A DNA stretch of 59,293 bases, counting the filler, from Sphacelaria rigidula (lineage: Eukaryota): assembly GCA_964200075.2 (NCBI GenBank). It is 8 parts of 8 records of this genome, joined end to end, with 100 filler letters (N's around TTAATTAATTAA, not from the genome) between each part and the next. Parts side by side here need not be neighbours in the genome. Positions count along the whole stretch, not along the records: positions 7,426 to 14,750 come from CAXNAA020015440.1; positions 14,851 to 22,175 come from CAXNAA020015441.1; positions 22,276 to 29,599 come from CAXNAA020015442.1; 5 more parts are not named here. One strand, 5' to 3'. The position numbers and the translations under genes were made by a program. Numbering within the stretch: the first letter of the stretch is position 1; the number at the start of each line of letters is the position of its first letter. Under the pieces are notes generated by a model. It was not told the DNA's origin, did no database searches, and saw only the letters and a list, made by a program, of their open reading frames with translations. Below, piece by piece: positions 13,401 through 25,910 of the stretch.

Positions 13401-13958
13401 GGGGGCGTACTCCTTTGTTGCTTGCCTTAGTCGTTTGACCATTGACCACGCATCCCTTTTAGACGGAGCACTATAGGGGGGGGGATTATTTCGTGCCGTT
13501 TTCTTCCACGAACTTCCACTCCAATCGCCGTTAAAAGCAGCCAAGAGTTGTTCGTACGCGCTTGCTCCCGATAAATAACGCTAATTCACACTCCCTTTCG
13601 AACACACTTCACCCAGTCAGTACAGCATGCTCCGCCAATGTCATCCTCTCTGAATAACCCAGGCTCCATCCCGATCACCTTCAAAAACCTCAAGGACCTC
13701 GAGGTGCTTGCAATCAAGGGCAACAAGCTTTCGGGTGAGTCTCCACAATGTTTTTTGAGACCAGAACAGGTATCCATGGAACATATCTCATCCACCATTG
13801 GAATTCATCGCCCTTTCATTACCCCCGTCCGTCCGCACCCCTTGTATTTAACCTGAATTTACCCGCACGCGGTTCGCTACTGATAGGGGCCGTACCACCA
13901 GGTTTGACGGGACTTGAGGCCCTGTTAGATCTGGACTTGTCGGGCAACGACCTAGACG
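7481..13958 (+). CDS. Leucine-rich-repeat protein, eight 72-nt single-LRR exons (partial gene)
   Basis: AG/GT-bounded 72-nt phase-1 exons: 7481-7552 (GVLSKELCELHQLQSLHVNKNHIA), 8039-8110 (GHIPERIGNLSKLESLCLDHNEIE), 11196-11267 (GAIPKSVGALSELKRLSLSDNKIS), 11892-11963 (GPFAAELCQLSALQHLDMTNNNIS), 12363-12434 (GEIPSSVGDLVPLQILLLDNNNLK), 12979-13050 (GPIPDSLGNLIKLKHLSMSSNELS), 13663-13734 (GSIPITFKNLKDLEVLAIKGNKLS) and 13887-13958 (GAVPPGLTGLEALLDLDLSGNDLD). These match the 24-aa plant-type LRR consensus. Confidence 0.92.
9090..10430. repeat. AGCTCACCCAGGGCAAACATGCGTAGCTCATGTAGCT tandem repeat blocks within LRR intron 2
   Basis: Many degenerate units at about 9090-9440 and about 9960-10430, plus a short copy at about 8200. 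Confidence 0.75.
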
Positions 13959-14349
13959 GTGAGTGAGGGCATGGACTTCGATGCCACACGGAATGATCAC
14001 AAAATCACTGAGGTCGGACGCAGTCATCAGAACTGTATCAGTGTACCTGCAATGGTCCAGAGGGGATTGTAAGAACCTTCGGAGGCAGCAGGCAATTGGG
14101 GCCGACAGCTATGGTTGGAATCAAATTTGAGTGGAACTTTTCCAAGCATCCCTGAAAAATCGCTCAGGTATCGCCGCGTCTGATGATGACCTTGTGAATC
14201 CTGTTGGGGATGGAGCGTTATTGCTTGCATAATCAAATATCACAGCGTGTGTGTAGAGGGCTACAGTTGAAAGCGCTAGTGATGTACCGACACTATTATA
14301 GTACGAAAAATACTTGAGCAACAGCGACAAGAAAAACGCCGGAAGTACT

Positions 14350-14412
14350 GTAACTACCGGGCTCGAGAACGTAACTACCGGGCTCGAGAACGTAACTACC
14401 GGGCTCGAGAAC
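14350..14412. repeat. 21-bp tandem repeat, three copies
   Basis: GTAACTACCGGGCTCGAGAAC three times. Confidence 0.9.
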
Positions 14413-16289
14413 GGACCACAGTGCCGGCAAAAGGATGTAGGGGATCATGACGCACTACTCATCGAATGGTGGAAGATATGAAACTCCCGTTATTTTCAAA
14501 GGACCATGTTGGACTATAATTTCATCCACACGTTCACAGCCACTGCAGGGTACTTCCTCTGCCCCAGAACTTTGGTGAATTATGTTGTTTTGACAGACCG
14601 TTAAAGGTATTCGATTTTGTTTTTCCTTCCGTTTCTCAGTTTTCATTTCATCGAACCTCTTTCTTTTTCGGGGCAGGGGATGTACTCATGATCATGCATG
14701 CCATAGTCATAAGACCATTGACCTCGCATCCCTACAAAGCCGGGACGGAGNNNNNNNNNNNNNNNNNNNNNNNNNNNNNNNNNNNNNNNNNNNNTTAATT
14801 AATTAANNNNNNNNNNNNNNNNNNNNNNNNNNNNNNNNNNNNNNNNNNNNATCCTCACCCACCTGAACCCCTTGCTCTGCTGCTTCTATTGCTATTATCA
14901 AGTCATTAATGAATACCTTGGGGGGCGGGGCGTACTCATTTGTTGCTTGCCTTAGTCATTTGACCATTGACCACGCATCCCTTTCGAGACGGAGGGGGAC
15001 TGTCCGATTTTTTTCCCTCGACAGACCCTTGATCGCTCAGGTAAAAAATGCTTTATTGGATGCCTGTGCAAAATAAGAATCTCAGAATCAAGTATTTGGC
15101 AGTTTGCACATCCCCGAACAATAAGAATATGGCTATGGCTTCAAGCATTTCTACTGGAATCGGAAAGAAAATAAGACCCCGAGCCTCGCTCGAAATAATA
15201 ATTTCTGAACATCTGTCGCGCTCTGTAGGCCTATTGCAACTTTTGTCGGAGTATTTATTATTATTATGGCACGGTTTGGACGATATCATCGCCGGTTCGA
15301 ATCACTAAATCTACGACTTTTCAGGCGTGATTGATTGCTTAAAAGAGGAGAAAAAAGGTTGACCGCTGGTCAAGAAAGTCTACACGCAATTTTTGCGCCA
15401 TTCCACGTCCCAGGGCCGCGTGTACCTGGGTTGCAACGCCGAAAACAATGCTTGAGGATTGATCCGCACGGTACGAATCAATCACAATAAAATCAAGTAT
15501 TTTCCAGACGAATCATTCATTCGTCTGACCCTCGGAGTATTATCGGTTCGAAAATAGTTGCAACGGGTCTATTCTTCACTACGCCGTACATTATTTATTA
15601 ATTGCGACTGTTGATCATATACAGTATTGTCGTTGTCGTTTTGGCTCTTGGATCCCCGCCACTGGCGTCGGCTCAAGCTCTGCCAGCGCGTACTTGGTCT
15701 CTTGTAGGACACTACATACACTATCCTTGGCCGAGAGTTCACGGCATGCCCTTGGTTGGGGTTGAACGGCAAACGTTAGAATGAAACTAAGACGGAAACA
15801 AAGCATGTCCATTCAACCATGGATTTCTGTCGCCGTGTTCGCGTGGATCCCGCCTCCCATTTATCCACACATCGACCGATGCTCTCGCAGTAATATAATA
15901 GTGATTTTGATTTGATTTGATTTGATTGATCGATTAATGGATTGATTGTCGCACGTTAACTGACCTCCCAGGGGTCCACCCGTGGTCTCATGATAGACGT
16001 ATCCAAGAAAAACAAGACTGAAACACTCGCTGAAGAAAAGAAGGGACAGAGCAAAAAAATAGTCATGACCCCAAAAGTCTTGCTTTGTGGCCATGTACCT
16101 GGTTCTTGCTGTCATTTACTTTTTTTACTTTTTTCCAAGTGAAGATCATCCCGATTTTCTAACGCATGAATCCACCCTGGAGGTCAAGGGGTCAACCGTA
16201 AAGTTTCCCCGGCTTTTCATTTCACATCAGTTGTACAGTATAGTCGAGATATACTCGCCAACACACCAGTTCTTTCCAGCGCGGGGAGG

Positions 16290-16740
16290 GGTGCACCCAT
16301 GATCTTGCATACCGTAGTCATAAGGTCATCGGCCTCGCATCCCTACAAAGCCTGAATGGGGTACGCCGGGTTTTCGCCGGACCAGGCTCGCAATCAATGA
16401 CCAAGCACGAACCGTTGTGATGTGTTCGGCGAGTCGCATGAGGGGTGAGCTGTATCCTGCTACGATTGTTCGGTACGAAGCTTACTGATCATTTTGCATT
16501 TGAGTGACAGCCTTCAACGAGTTGCTTCATTTTCTGGTATCGCCGCTTCCGGAGACCCCCACGGGTTCCATACTGCCTCATGGCTGTCCCCTCACCACGT
16601 AGTATAATCATCCCCATTGCGTGGAGTTAAATTATCTCACCCCGCACAACATGATGTAGCTCGACCAATATCAACGTCACCGTAATAGAAACGCAAAGGA
16701 GAAGAGAGACGGTGACCTGGCCGCCTAGCCTACGCAAAGT
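16290..16740 (+). repeat. High-copy dispersed repeat family (possibly non-LTR/SINE-like)
   Basis: Consensus ...GTCATAAGACCATTGACC.CGCATCCCTACAAAGCCGGGACGGAGCACGCCGGGTTTTCGCCGGACCAGG...GTTGCTTCATTTTCTGG. Other copies lie at about 14680-14750, 17490-17790, 21660-22175, 29190-29300, 29960-30300 (reverse) and 36960-37023 (reverse). Confidence 0.75.
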
Positions 16741-17075
16741 GTGGCGTGTTTTACGGAGTCACGGCCGACCGACGCGGACTCCTTCAGGGGGGCGCGCGGG
16801 GGGGGGGGTAACGTACTCATGTGTTACTTGTCCTAGTCGTTTGACCATTGACCCCGCATCCCTTTCGAGACGGAGCAAAGGGAGGAGGGAGAAGGGAGGA
16901 GGGGGGGGGGGGCAATATCTTAGATCCCAGCTTCAAAACACAATTCATCCTTGATCACACACCCAACCGGGCTCTTCCAATCCATTACCAAAACTAATGC
17001 GTAACGTGCGGATGCCCCATTCACAGGCCCACTCAGGAATCACAGCAGCCTACAACACCCGCCGATAAATCTCAC

Positions 17076-19291
17076 CGCCGAGCAGGGGTCCTATACAACG
17101 GCACCCGGCAGTGCCCCAGCAGCGGATCTCCGCCCGCGGCCAATCCCCCCGCACGATCGTAGACTTCGAGGACTAGATAGTCGGCCGTGCGGCATGCACA
17201 CGACACCCGGAACAGAAAGTTTTGGTCGATCTTCTGCTGGTTCGCATCGCCATCGAGAGGAGGCGCCGGGCCCACCACCGATTGAGGAACCGGGCGGGTC
17301 TTCCCTACCTGCAAGAACCGATTCGGTCAGTCGATACGGATACAATCGGTACGGGTACAACCGCCACACGTCCCGGCGTTCGACTGATTTGGTCATTACT
17401 GGCTTCGGGGAATCTTGTGTATTCGTATCCTGACTGTACACTTTTTGTTTGGATGGTTTCGTCAGTCCGTCGGGAAACGTGAGGTTGAGAGTACTGATGA
17501 TCTTGCATGCCACTGTTATAAGACCATTGACCCAGCATCCCTACAAAGTCGGGACGGAGCACGCCGGGTTTTCGCCGGATCAGGCCCGCACTCAAACCAC
17601 CAAGCGCGAAGCGCCGTGGTGTGTTCGGCGAGTCGCACGAAGGGTAAGCTGCATTCTGCCAAGATTTTCCGGCCCGAAGCCTACTGATTATCTTGCACTT
17701 GGATGACAGCCTACAATCAATTGCTTCATTTTCTGGGATCGCCACTTCCAGAGACAGCCACGGTCTATACACTGTTTCATGGGTGTCTCACAATTGAGGT
17801 TGAGAGCAGGCGAAAATAATTGGATGATGACAATTGACGGGTTGCGGGAGTGCTGACACAAGACGTGATGTCAACTCGATGTCGATTAAGTAATTTCACT
17901 ATTCCAGTTTTGTGCGGGGGTCCCAGTACAGTGCGACCATGCCAGGCTGGCGACTCACCGCACTATAGCGGGACCCTCACTGCATGTACGAAGTATGTGA
18001 TGTAAAAAAACTGCAGACAATCCATCGCCTGAGAACAAACGGTATCCAGGGGCGGTGGTGATATACAAGGTACTGCACGGGTGATACAGACGATGTTCTA
18101 CGGCGAGAGCCTTACCGATAGGAAACGGATAGTGGACCCAGTTTCAGCGTGTGCAAGTAGAAGATGACAAAATCAGCACTGCTTGTTGGCGGAAAATGCA
18201 ATAATAGGCCGTAAGTCGGTGTCTTCTCGACACACAAAAAAAAAATGTAATGGTACCGTGATCAAGATCAAAGAGCGTGACGAACAGCTCACGCGTTGGC
18301 ATCCATGATTTATGTTCCCTTATCTCACTCTCATCTGATTGTTCCTCTGTTTTCACGAAAAAAAAAAAATGACTAGTTTTGTTGAGAATGAGAATGAGAA
18401 TGTGAATGAGGATGACACAGTAGTGTATACCACTTGGTCGATTATAACCTTCCCGGAATTTTATTACTTGATTTGAGTTTAAACACCGATATTCGGATCT
18501 TTAGCGGGGCTGACAGCCCCAACTGCCCCTCGAGTGCGTAGAACCCGTTTTCGTCAAAATCGGCGCCTGGGGCGCCGTTTCGAGGTCTGCCAACGCCACA
18601 CTTGGGCTAGGAAACGCTTCACACCCCCCTCGCCCGAGGGTTCTCGGTATGCCTTGGGTTGGGGTTAGAGTCGGGGTTAGGGTTAGGGTTAGGATTTGGA
18701 TTAGGGTTAGCGTTATTAAAAAAAGATGTGTCCGAGAAATTTCGTCATCGACCAAGTTGCCAACACACCTCGGATGAGAATGAGAATGCGAAAAGGAACA
18801 TGAAATGGTTGCCACACACGTGGGCTGTCGATCACAATCATTTGAATTATCACAATGCCATCCTCATTTTTCTTGTTGCTAAGACGGGGGCCCAAGGAAA
18901 GTATCAAACCGCGACCTCACACGCTCAAGGTCAGGCTACGAAAAAACTCCGCACTACCTACCATATATATTCTTACAACCGGAGACAACTTAATGCTCGA
19001 GCTTAGCTGCGGTGACAAAATAATAGCAGATCAATATGATTCATGTGCGTTCGCGCGGGCAGCTGTTTGCTCTTCTACGCCCCAAATATTCTTGACCAAG
19101 GGTGATTTAGGGACGAAGGACGAGTATCACGGCTGGGTTGAGGGTGAAGCAGTGGGCAGGAAGAGGTGAGTGAGGGTTCCACCTGCTTGTTGGCAACCGT
19201 CAGCCTGCAGTACGGAGCTCGCGCACGATCCAACACATCCGAGCCACGGAGCCGCGGAGTCGCCTCGGCCGCTGGGTATCCCGTATCCACA
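17076..19291 (-). CDS. C2-domain-containing protein, two internal exons (partial gene)
   Basis: Exons 19291-19183 (cag|...|gtggaa) and 17308-17076 (cag|...|gtgaga) join in frame: ...RLRGSDVLDRARAPYCRLTVANKQ|VGKTRPV...FLFRV...YLVLEVYDR...DPLLGHCRVPL. This follows the C2 pattern (PYCxxxV, GKT, LEVYD, LGxxxVPL). Confidence 0.7.
18520..18715. repeat. Dispersed repeat with interstitial TTAGGG-like array
   Basis: GGGTTAGGGTTAGGGTTAGG...TTAGGGTTAG at about 18655-18710, joined to the same body as 3575-3745. Confidence 0.7.
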
Positions 19292-21202
19292 CTGGGACAA
19301 GACCGAAAAACAACCGAAAGCAGATCATGACACCATCAAAGCAAAGCCGCGGACGGCATCATACCACGAGGTGGTTGTACGGAGGGAGCAACGGGGAGAA
19401 GGGAAAGTCCGACTTGGTTACTACAACCATAATTTGATCCAAGGATCGGGTACCTTCACCGCAAAGCAATAAAGATCATTGAGAGAACACTAGATTGCAA
19501 GGTTGTGTTATGTAGGGTATATACCCGAATGTGTAGGATTCTTGGTTGGCATCCTAAACCACACCGGGATGTGTACCGAACATTCCACAACCTGGATAAT
19601 AACAATATATGGTCGATATATGCAATAGACGAAAAGTGTACGGGGTCAAGTATAGGCCTATTGCAACTATTGGCGGCCAACAATGGTTGCAACAGGTCCA
19701 TATTTTACCCAGTACACTTTTCGTCTATTGGATATATCGACCATATATTGTCATTATCCATCCAGGGTGTGTAACATTCCGATATGGTTCGGCAGGGTAT
19801 TGAGCCCCGTGTCGAACACTCCGGTACGGTTCGGAACGGCATATACCGAAAAAAAACACGTGCTATACTTTAGCAAGTACCTTAATTTCAGCCGGAATAC
19901 CCTACAGAACACGACCTTCGAGATTGTGTGCCTAGCTGCGCGACGCTAGTGCGAAGAATGACAACGATAACACCAACCACTACAGCACACAGGCCAGTTC
20001 ACGTGCGACAATCAATCCATCATATCATATCAAATATATATTTCGTCATTTTTTTCGTCGTTCTCAACTTTACAGTTACTCCGTGTTTGTTTTCGTTTTC
20101 AAGTACTTGGGAAAGGTATAGAGACCTCCTGTGGGCGTAGTTGGTCAAAGCCACGAGCACTTGAAAAAGGTATGCGGGCCTGTGCCCCGTAGGATCACCA
20201 CCACACGGGAATGCTCAGTGAGGATGTGAGGCTCTCGAATTTTGATGTGCCGAATCAAGGAAACGGAGCGAGACTCCGCACAACCACAGAAAAACTCTTA
20301 CCGCTTTCCACACTCTCTTCACGAGGAGAAACGATAGCAAAAGACAGGTGTACAAGATTGCGAGGTTGGATTCTGTAGGTTACGATTTTCATGTACCCGG
20401 GGTATTTACCCAGGTATTACCCGTACCCGACAGTTCTATGAGTCCAGCAGCCTCCCATGCTGGTACCCGATGATTCCGCGAGAACTGTACGAAATGCACA
20501 CGCTTACCCGGGGTGATACGGAAACACCCTCGTGGGAATACCCGGTTGCGGGTAAGGGTTTATGTACAACCTCCATATCCGTACACGACACGTTCTGTAA
20601 GTTCTGCGAGACTTTGATTCCGGTACCCGACAGTTGTGTAAGTTCCGTACTACAGTATAATCTCATATCCTATCGGATATCCCCGTACCCTACACAACAC
20701 AACCGTTCAAATTTTCAATTGTCGGAAACCATTCTACTGCGGGCAAATGCCGCCAATCCTTACTAAAACACGTAATCGAGTGAGGGATGACGGTCGTTTC
20801 GAAATAATCTTCACAACACCTCTCAAGCATCTTAATCAGGTCCTCTAAAACGATGAATAATTACCAAAACAAAAAAATAAAACTTGAAATCTCGGAACTC
20901 TTCCCCCATCCCCCATCCCCTGCTCAAACGCCTCATCATTCATGGGTACCCATGGTCGAGGAAGGACAAAAGAAGGCAGGTAACTCAACACCGTGTCCAG
21001 ATGCGGACATAAAGCAAGCACCCCGCCGTAGTCGGGTCAGTGTCTTTGAGCAGCAGCGCGCTCGGGGAAAGCATATCCATTTTGATCGATGTATGTAGAA
21101 AGGGGCGTTTGGGTGATGAACTTGATACAACTGATACCAATATTGCTTGGTTTTGATTTGATAGTCGTAAATTGACGGATACGAGCTACGAGCATCCGAG
21201 CG

Positions 21203-21455
21203 ATGCTACGGTAGGGGTACACAAATATTTTCCGAGGTTAGAATTGTTAGGAGCCCTTTATCTCGTCCAAAACACGACCTATGGAATATGTGAGAGTACA
21301 CCAGGATTACTATTCCAATATGTTAGGGATATCCCGGATTAATTTCCAAACGGGGATGCCCTGACCCATATTCTTGTGCATCTAGAATCGTTAGGAGCCC
21401 CCGAACTAGACAAGAGACAAGATTTTGCGCAAAAACTGCACCCCTACCGTAGCAT
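21203..21455. mobile_element. MITE, second copy of the 2814-3037 family
   Basis: ATGCTACGGTAGGGG...CCCCTACCGTAGCAT TIRs with a homologous internal sequence. Confidence 0.75.
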
Positions 21456-22409
21456 TGCTCATCCCCGCATTTTTTTTCACAGCGACGTAAGTATAAGTGG
21501 TGCTACGATAGGGTGGGGGGGGGGGGGGGGGGGAATTTATAATTTTTCATAGGGAGGTAATAAAACGTGTAACCCTCCCTCTTTTTAAAAACCCGGGGGG
21601 GANNNNNNNNNNGAGCATTGGGGAGACAAGAGGGCGGGGCGGCTACGGGGCGCGGAGGGAGAAGAATACTTATAATCTTGCATACGGTAGTCATATGACC
21701 ATTGACCCTCGCATCTCTTCAAAAGCCGGGACGGAGCACGCCGGATTTTCGCCGGACTAGGCTTGCAATCCGTCCCCGGGCGCGTAGCGCCTTCATGCGC
21801 TCGGCGAGTAGCATGAAAGGTGAGCTGCATCCTGCTAACAGTGTTCGGCCCGAAACGTACTGGTCATCTTGCATATGAATAACAGCCTCCGACGAGTTGC
21901 TTCATTTTCTGGTATTGCCACTTCCAGAGACAGCAACGGGTTTCACACTGCCTCATGGATGTCTCACCATTCAAACACTGGGTAGTATGATCATCCCCTC
22001 TGCGCAGAGTTCAGATTCTCCCACCCCGCACAATATGATGTAGCTCGACCACCATCATGCTTACCGCAAAAAAGAAACGCAAGCACGCGAAAATACGGTA
22101 AGCTGGTTACCTAGCGTACGCAATGATAGAGGGGGGGTGTACTCATGATCATGCATGCCATAGTCATCAGACCATNNNNNNNNNNNNNNNNNNNNNNNNN
22201 NNNNNNNNNNNNNNNNNNNTTAATTAATTAANNNNNNNNNNNNNNNNNNNNNNNNNNNNNNNNNNNNNNNNNNNNCACTCTCAATCGTATCATCTACTCT
22301 CAATCTCACAAAAACACTGTTACACACGGAATGAACAATTGGCCAAGTTAAAGCGAGCGATCAAAGCCACTCTCAATCCGCACCCAACTCTCAATCTCAC
22401 GAAAACATT

Positions 22410-25175
22410 GTTTCCTTCGTCTGGGCATCGCGTATCATGGACCACCTTTGTACTCGTGCCCTGTAAGTCCTTGTATGCCAAATATTCCACACGCGGGTCC
22501 GGTGTATCTCCCTCTCATCCTATTGTTCCCCCCGAGCGCCGTCACACAAATTTGTCAAACGCCTCTGCTACAACATTCCTGCGCTTCGTTCCTGTCTTTT
22601 CCGCCCTTGTTTGCGCAAAGCCATTCAACCGCTCCCGGATGGAGTCCCAATTGTTTTTTTGAGGCTGGTCACCTTCCTTCCCGGGCGGTGGCTCGACACC
22701 AGGTGCTGGCACACCGCAAAAATATCAAAACTTGAAACATCTACCATTATATCCGAGGCAAGTACTGTATAAGAGCCTGGGCACCCTATCCACCATCCTA
22801 GTGGCCGCAAGATGCACTCCCCTCAATATGTTGGTCGCGCTCATTCCCTTCACCATTTATTTGCAGTACCGGTGTTTGCGCTGCCACCCACGCGTCTATG
22901 TCTTCATTGTCACTTACCGCGTGTACAAAGCAACGCGCGATGAGATGCACCGCTGGCCAAAAATGTTCGACGCGCGTACACGAAAAAATCTAGCTCGACC
23001 ACAATCATGCCCCACCGCTCAAACACAGTCGGGCGCTCTCCCCGTATTTGGTGGTCTGTTAAATGAAGCGTTGCCACTACCCGCCTTTGCTGCCGATGTC
23101 TTCTTGACGCAAGCTGCTCTCAGCCTGGAGTAGCACTTGTTCTTTACCGCTGGCACAATTACTTCTGCCCGCGCGTGACACCCGTCCATATGTTGCAAGA
23201 TTACTTATCCCATGCACACTGGTGTAAAATAGAAACCAAAACCATTTTCCTGTGATTCCGGCTTTCGAGCGACATCCTGCGTCAGCAGGTCAATCGCTGC
23301 CGCCCCTGGGCATACATACCGCGAGAAACACTGGAATTTCTCGCCGGCATCATCATGTCCGCTAGAAATACGCTGCGCCGACACGTCAGTGCCCATGAGG
23401 TCTGCGTCGAATGCTCCGAAAAGGTCCGACAGCGCCGTAAAATGCGCACGTCTTAACCTCAGAAACTCTACCTTGATAGGTCTCGTGATGGCATCATCCG
23501 CTTCCACATTTGTTGAGGATGGTACCCACTGCAACTGCAACCAAAATCCTTCCTGCCTTTGCAGGTTGTACAGGCCTAGTAAGAGCGCATGCGTAACTGT
23601 GTTTCTTCAGCGACCTTCGGTAAACGCCTCTACTACCGATCTATTGTCGACATCGACTAACACTTGCGCTCCTCTCAACCGCCAAGACCGCGCGCAGCGC
23701 GAAAGCCTTGTTCGTGTTGGTGTGCCGTCGCACCCACATCTCTGAGAAATGTGCGTCCGCTTTGAACCGTTCCCCTTTCACCCTAATAAGGCTCCCTCAC
23801 GCTGCGGAGGGGGCATCTGTGGCTGCCCGCGTGACCGTGACTGCATAATGCTTTACTGACTATCGTGGCTCTTCCCGCGAATGTTTTATGACGCTTAACC
23901 ACAATGCGGGTTGGTTGGGTTATGGATATATTGGTGGTATGCTCCTTGCACTCTGTGGCGGATTCAAGAGATCGAGCTAATATGATGGATATAATAACAT
24001 AATAATAATAATAACCACAACTCCAATTCTTCCCATAGCCCGCTACCCCTCTGGACTGGGAGGTCGGCAATCCCCCTCCCCTTGAGTCGTTTGTCTAGTG
24101 CTCTGACACCCTTGAAGATGAAGTGCGCCCACAATGAAGCCGGCCTGACGGCTTTCTTCATACTCATGCATTTTCCTACTACTTTCTACAGCATGGCCAC
24201 ACTCACCGACCCTCGATCCATAATGCCCTTAATAAGCACGCTGAGTTTGTCTGGTTTGTCTTGCGGGATTCTGGATGCCGCTCGGTCACTGTCACACAGC
24301 ACCCCGAAATGCTTTTACACCCTCCGTGATACAAGATCACACTTCTTTGTGCTGACTTGAAAATCTGCCAGAAAAGATACCAATATCGCTAGAGCGAGAG
24401 CCACTGCGGCTGCTATCCATTGCACTTGCTCTCGCTACGTTTTCAAGCTCAACGGCCTCGTTAAGCACGCACCGTCAATATAAGTGGCGGCCGGAACTCC
24501 CCTGGCCCGCAGGAAATACGTGCGCGCATCCGACACTTTGTGAGGGACGTACGTTTCATATCAGCCAAACGGGATTCAACTGTCCTCATATAGTGTATGC
24601 CTTGAAATTCCACGCCAAACAGCGGCCAAGAGTCAGGGTGCAACATATTGTGGTGGAAACCATACTTGTCAGCGAGTGAGCCTTAGAAACATTCCTCCCA
24701 TGCCATATCCGCAATCGCACCTACGGTGTCCATGGAAAAGGAAACATACTTGCCGTACTCATTGAGCGGTCTGGCATTGCAAACGATCCTTGGTTTGGCG
24801 GTTTTCAGGCTAAGTGCTTGTATGAGTCTAGGTCGCTGTGTGGCCCCTGGCCCTCTGATTTGCGCCCATGGGCCGATACACCCTCTCTCTATCAAGGCAC
24901 GCACCTCATCTTTGGCGAAGCGCACATGCATGTTCGGAATTCGGTTAGGATATAACTTACCAGGGAAACTTCCTGCTTAAAAGGGTCCTGCACTGATACC
25001 CTCTGTCACTGTTAGTAATGAGAAAAGGAAAAACGCTGATACCTTGCGGTATCCACGGCAGAATTTCTCTACGGTCGGGATGCCCCTCGAATATCACCTT
25101 GTCCCAAAAATCAGAGTGATAGCCTAAGGACCCGGGTACGAAGTTTTTCTCGTCACGAAATGCTTTGCCCCATTA
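22410..25175 (-). mobile_element. Decayed DIRS-type (tyrosine-recombinase) retrotransposon: RT, RNase H, methyltransferase-like domain, ALOG-like domain
   Basis: Frameshifted minus-strand peptides in order: AFRDEKNFVPGSLGYHSDFWDKV; KPRIVCNARPLN; FHHNMLHPDSWPLFGVEFQG; TYIDG (degenerate YIDD, about 24471-24485); LQWVPSSTNVEADDAITR (RNase H end); FGAFDADLMG...FSRYVCPGAAAIDLLTQD (MT-like); VEYLAYKDLQGTSTKVVHDTRCP (ALOG-like, about 22420-22490). Confidence 0.8.
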
Positions 25176-25449
25176 GGGCCGCCAGTCTATAGTAAGCGTT
25201 GTGTTGAAGCGATCGGAGGCTCAAGTTAAGCATATATCAGGGCTGTTTGTCCATTACGCTTGCCGTGCCCACTTTTCCTCCCCGCGGGAAAGATGGAGTA
25301 GCGGCAACTTGACTGTGCCCACCGTTCCATGCCTACCTCCCAATTTCTGTAATCAAGCCTCAGCGTATAGTCATGGCGATGTACACTGCACATGGAGCAC
25401 GCTGATGCGTATGCGATGGGACGGAAATGCTTCTACTATTGTTTCATCT

Positions 25450-25910
25450 CGGCCACGCTATGACGCAAATAAGGAAACAAAGCTTCCAGCGGTTAAACTT
25501 TCGCCTCAGTTGATCGCAGACAAGTTCAGCACCCCGGATCCAACGAATCTCCAGGCTCGTACCGATGGTTACTCCTACTGTACCGACAGGGTTTCTGCCC
25601 AGAAACGCGCAGCGACTGGGGCCGCTGGTTTAATGGACTTTGCGTACAGGGGTGCTATGCGTGTGTGCGTGTGCGTGTGCGTGCGCGTGCGCGTGCGCGT
25701 GCACATGCGCGTTTTTTTAATATATCTAGCCCGACCACGCTATGGCGCAAATGGCGAAACGATGTTTCCGACGGTTGAAGTATCGCCTTAGTTTATCGTA
25801 GGAAAGTTCAGCAACCCCGGACCCAACGCATCTTTAGGCTCCTACCAATGATTACTACTACGGTACCGGCAGGGTTTCTGCCCCGATACGCGCGGCGACT
25901 GGGGCCGCTG
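25450..25910. repeat. Direct repeat of about 180 bp, two copies separated by a GT/GC microsatellite
   Basis: CCACGCTATG.CGCAAAT...AAGTTCAGCA...CAGGGTTTCTGCCC...GCGACTGGGGCCGCTG at about 25450-25627 and about 25732-25910. Confidence 0.75.

Noticed and set aside
14050-14160. Possible ninth LRR exon (GDCKNLRR / LWLESNLSGTFP in different frames)
   Set aside because: There is no 72-nt AG/GT-bounded open exon and it needs frameshifts. It may be chance or a decayed relic.
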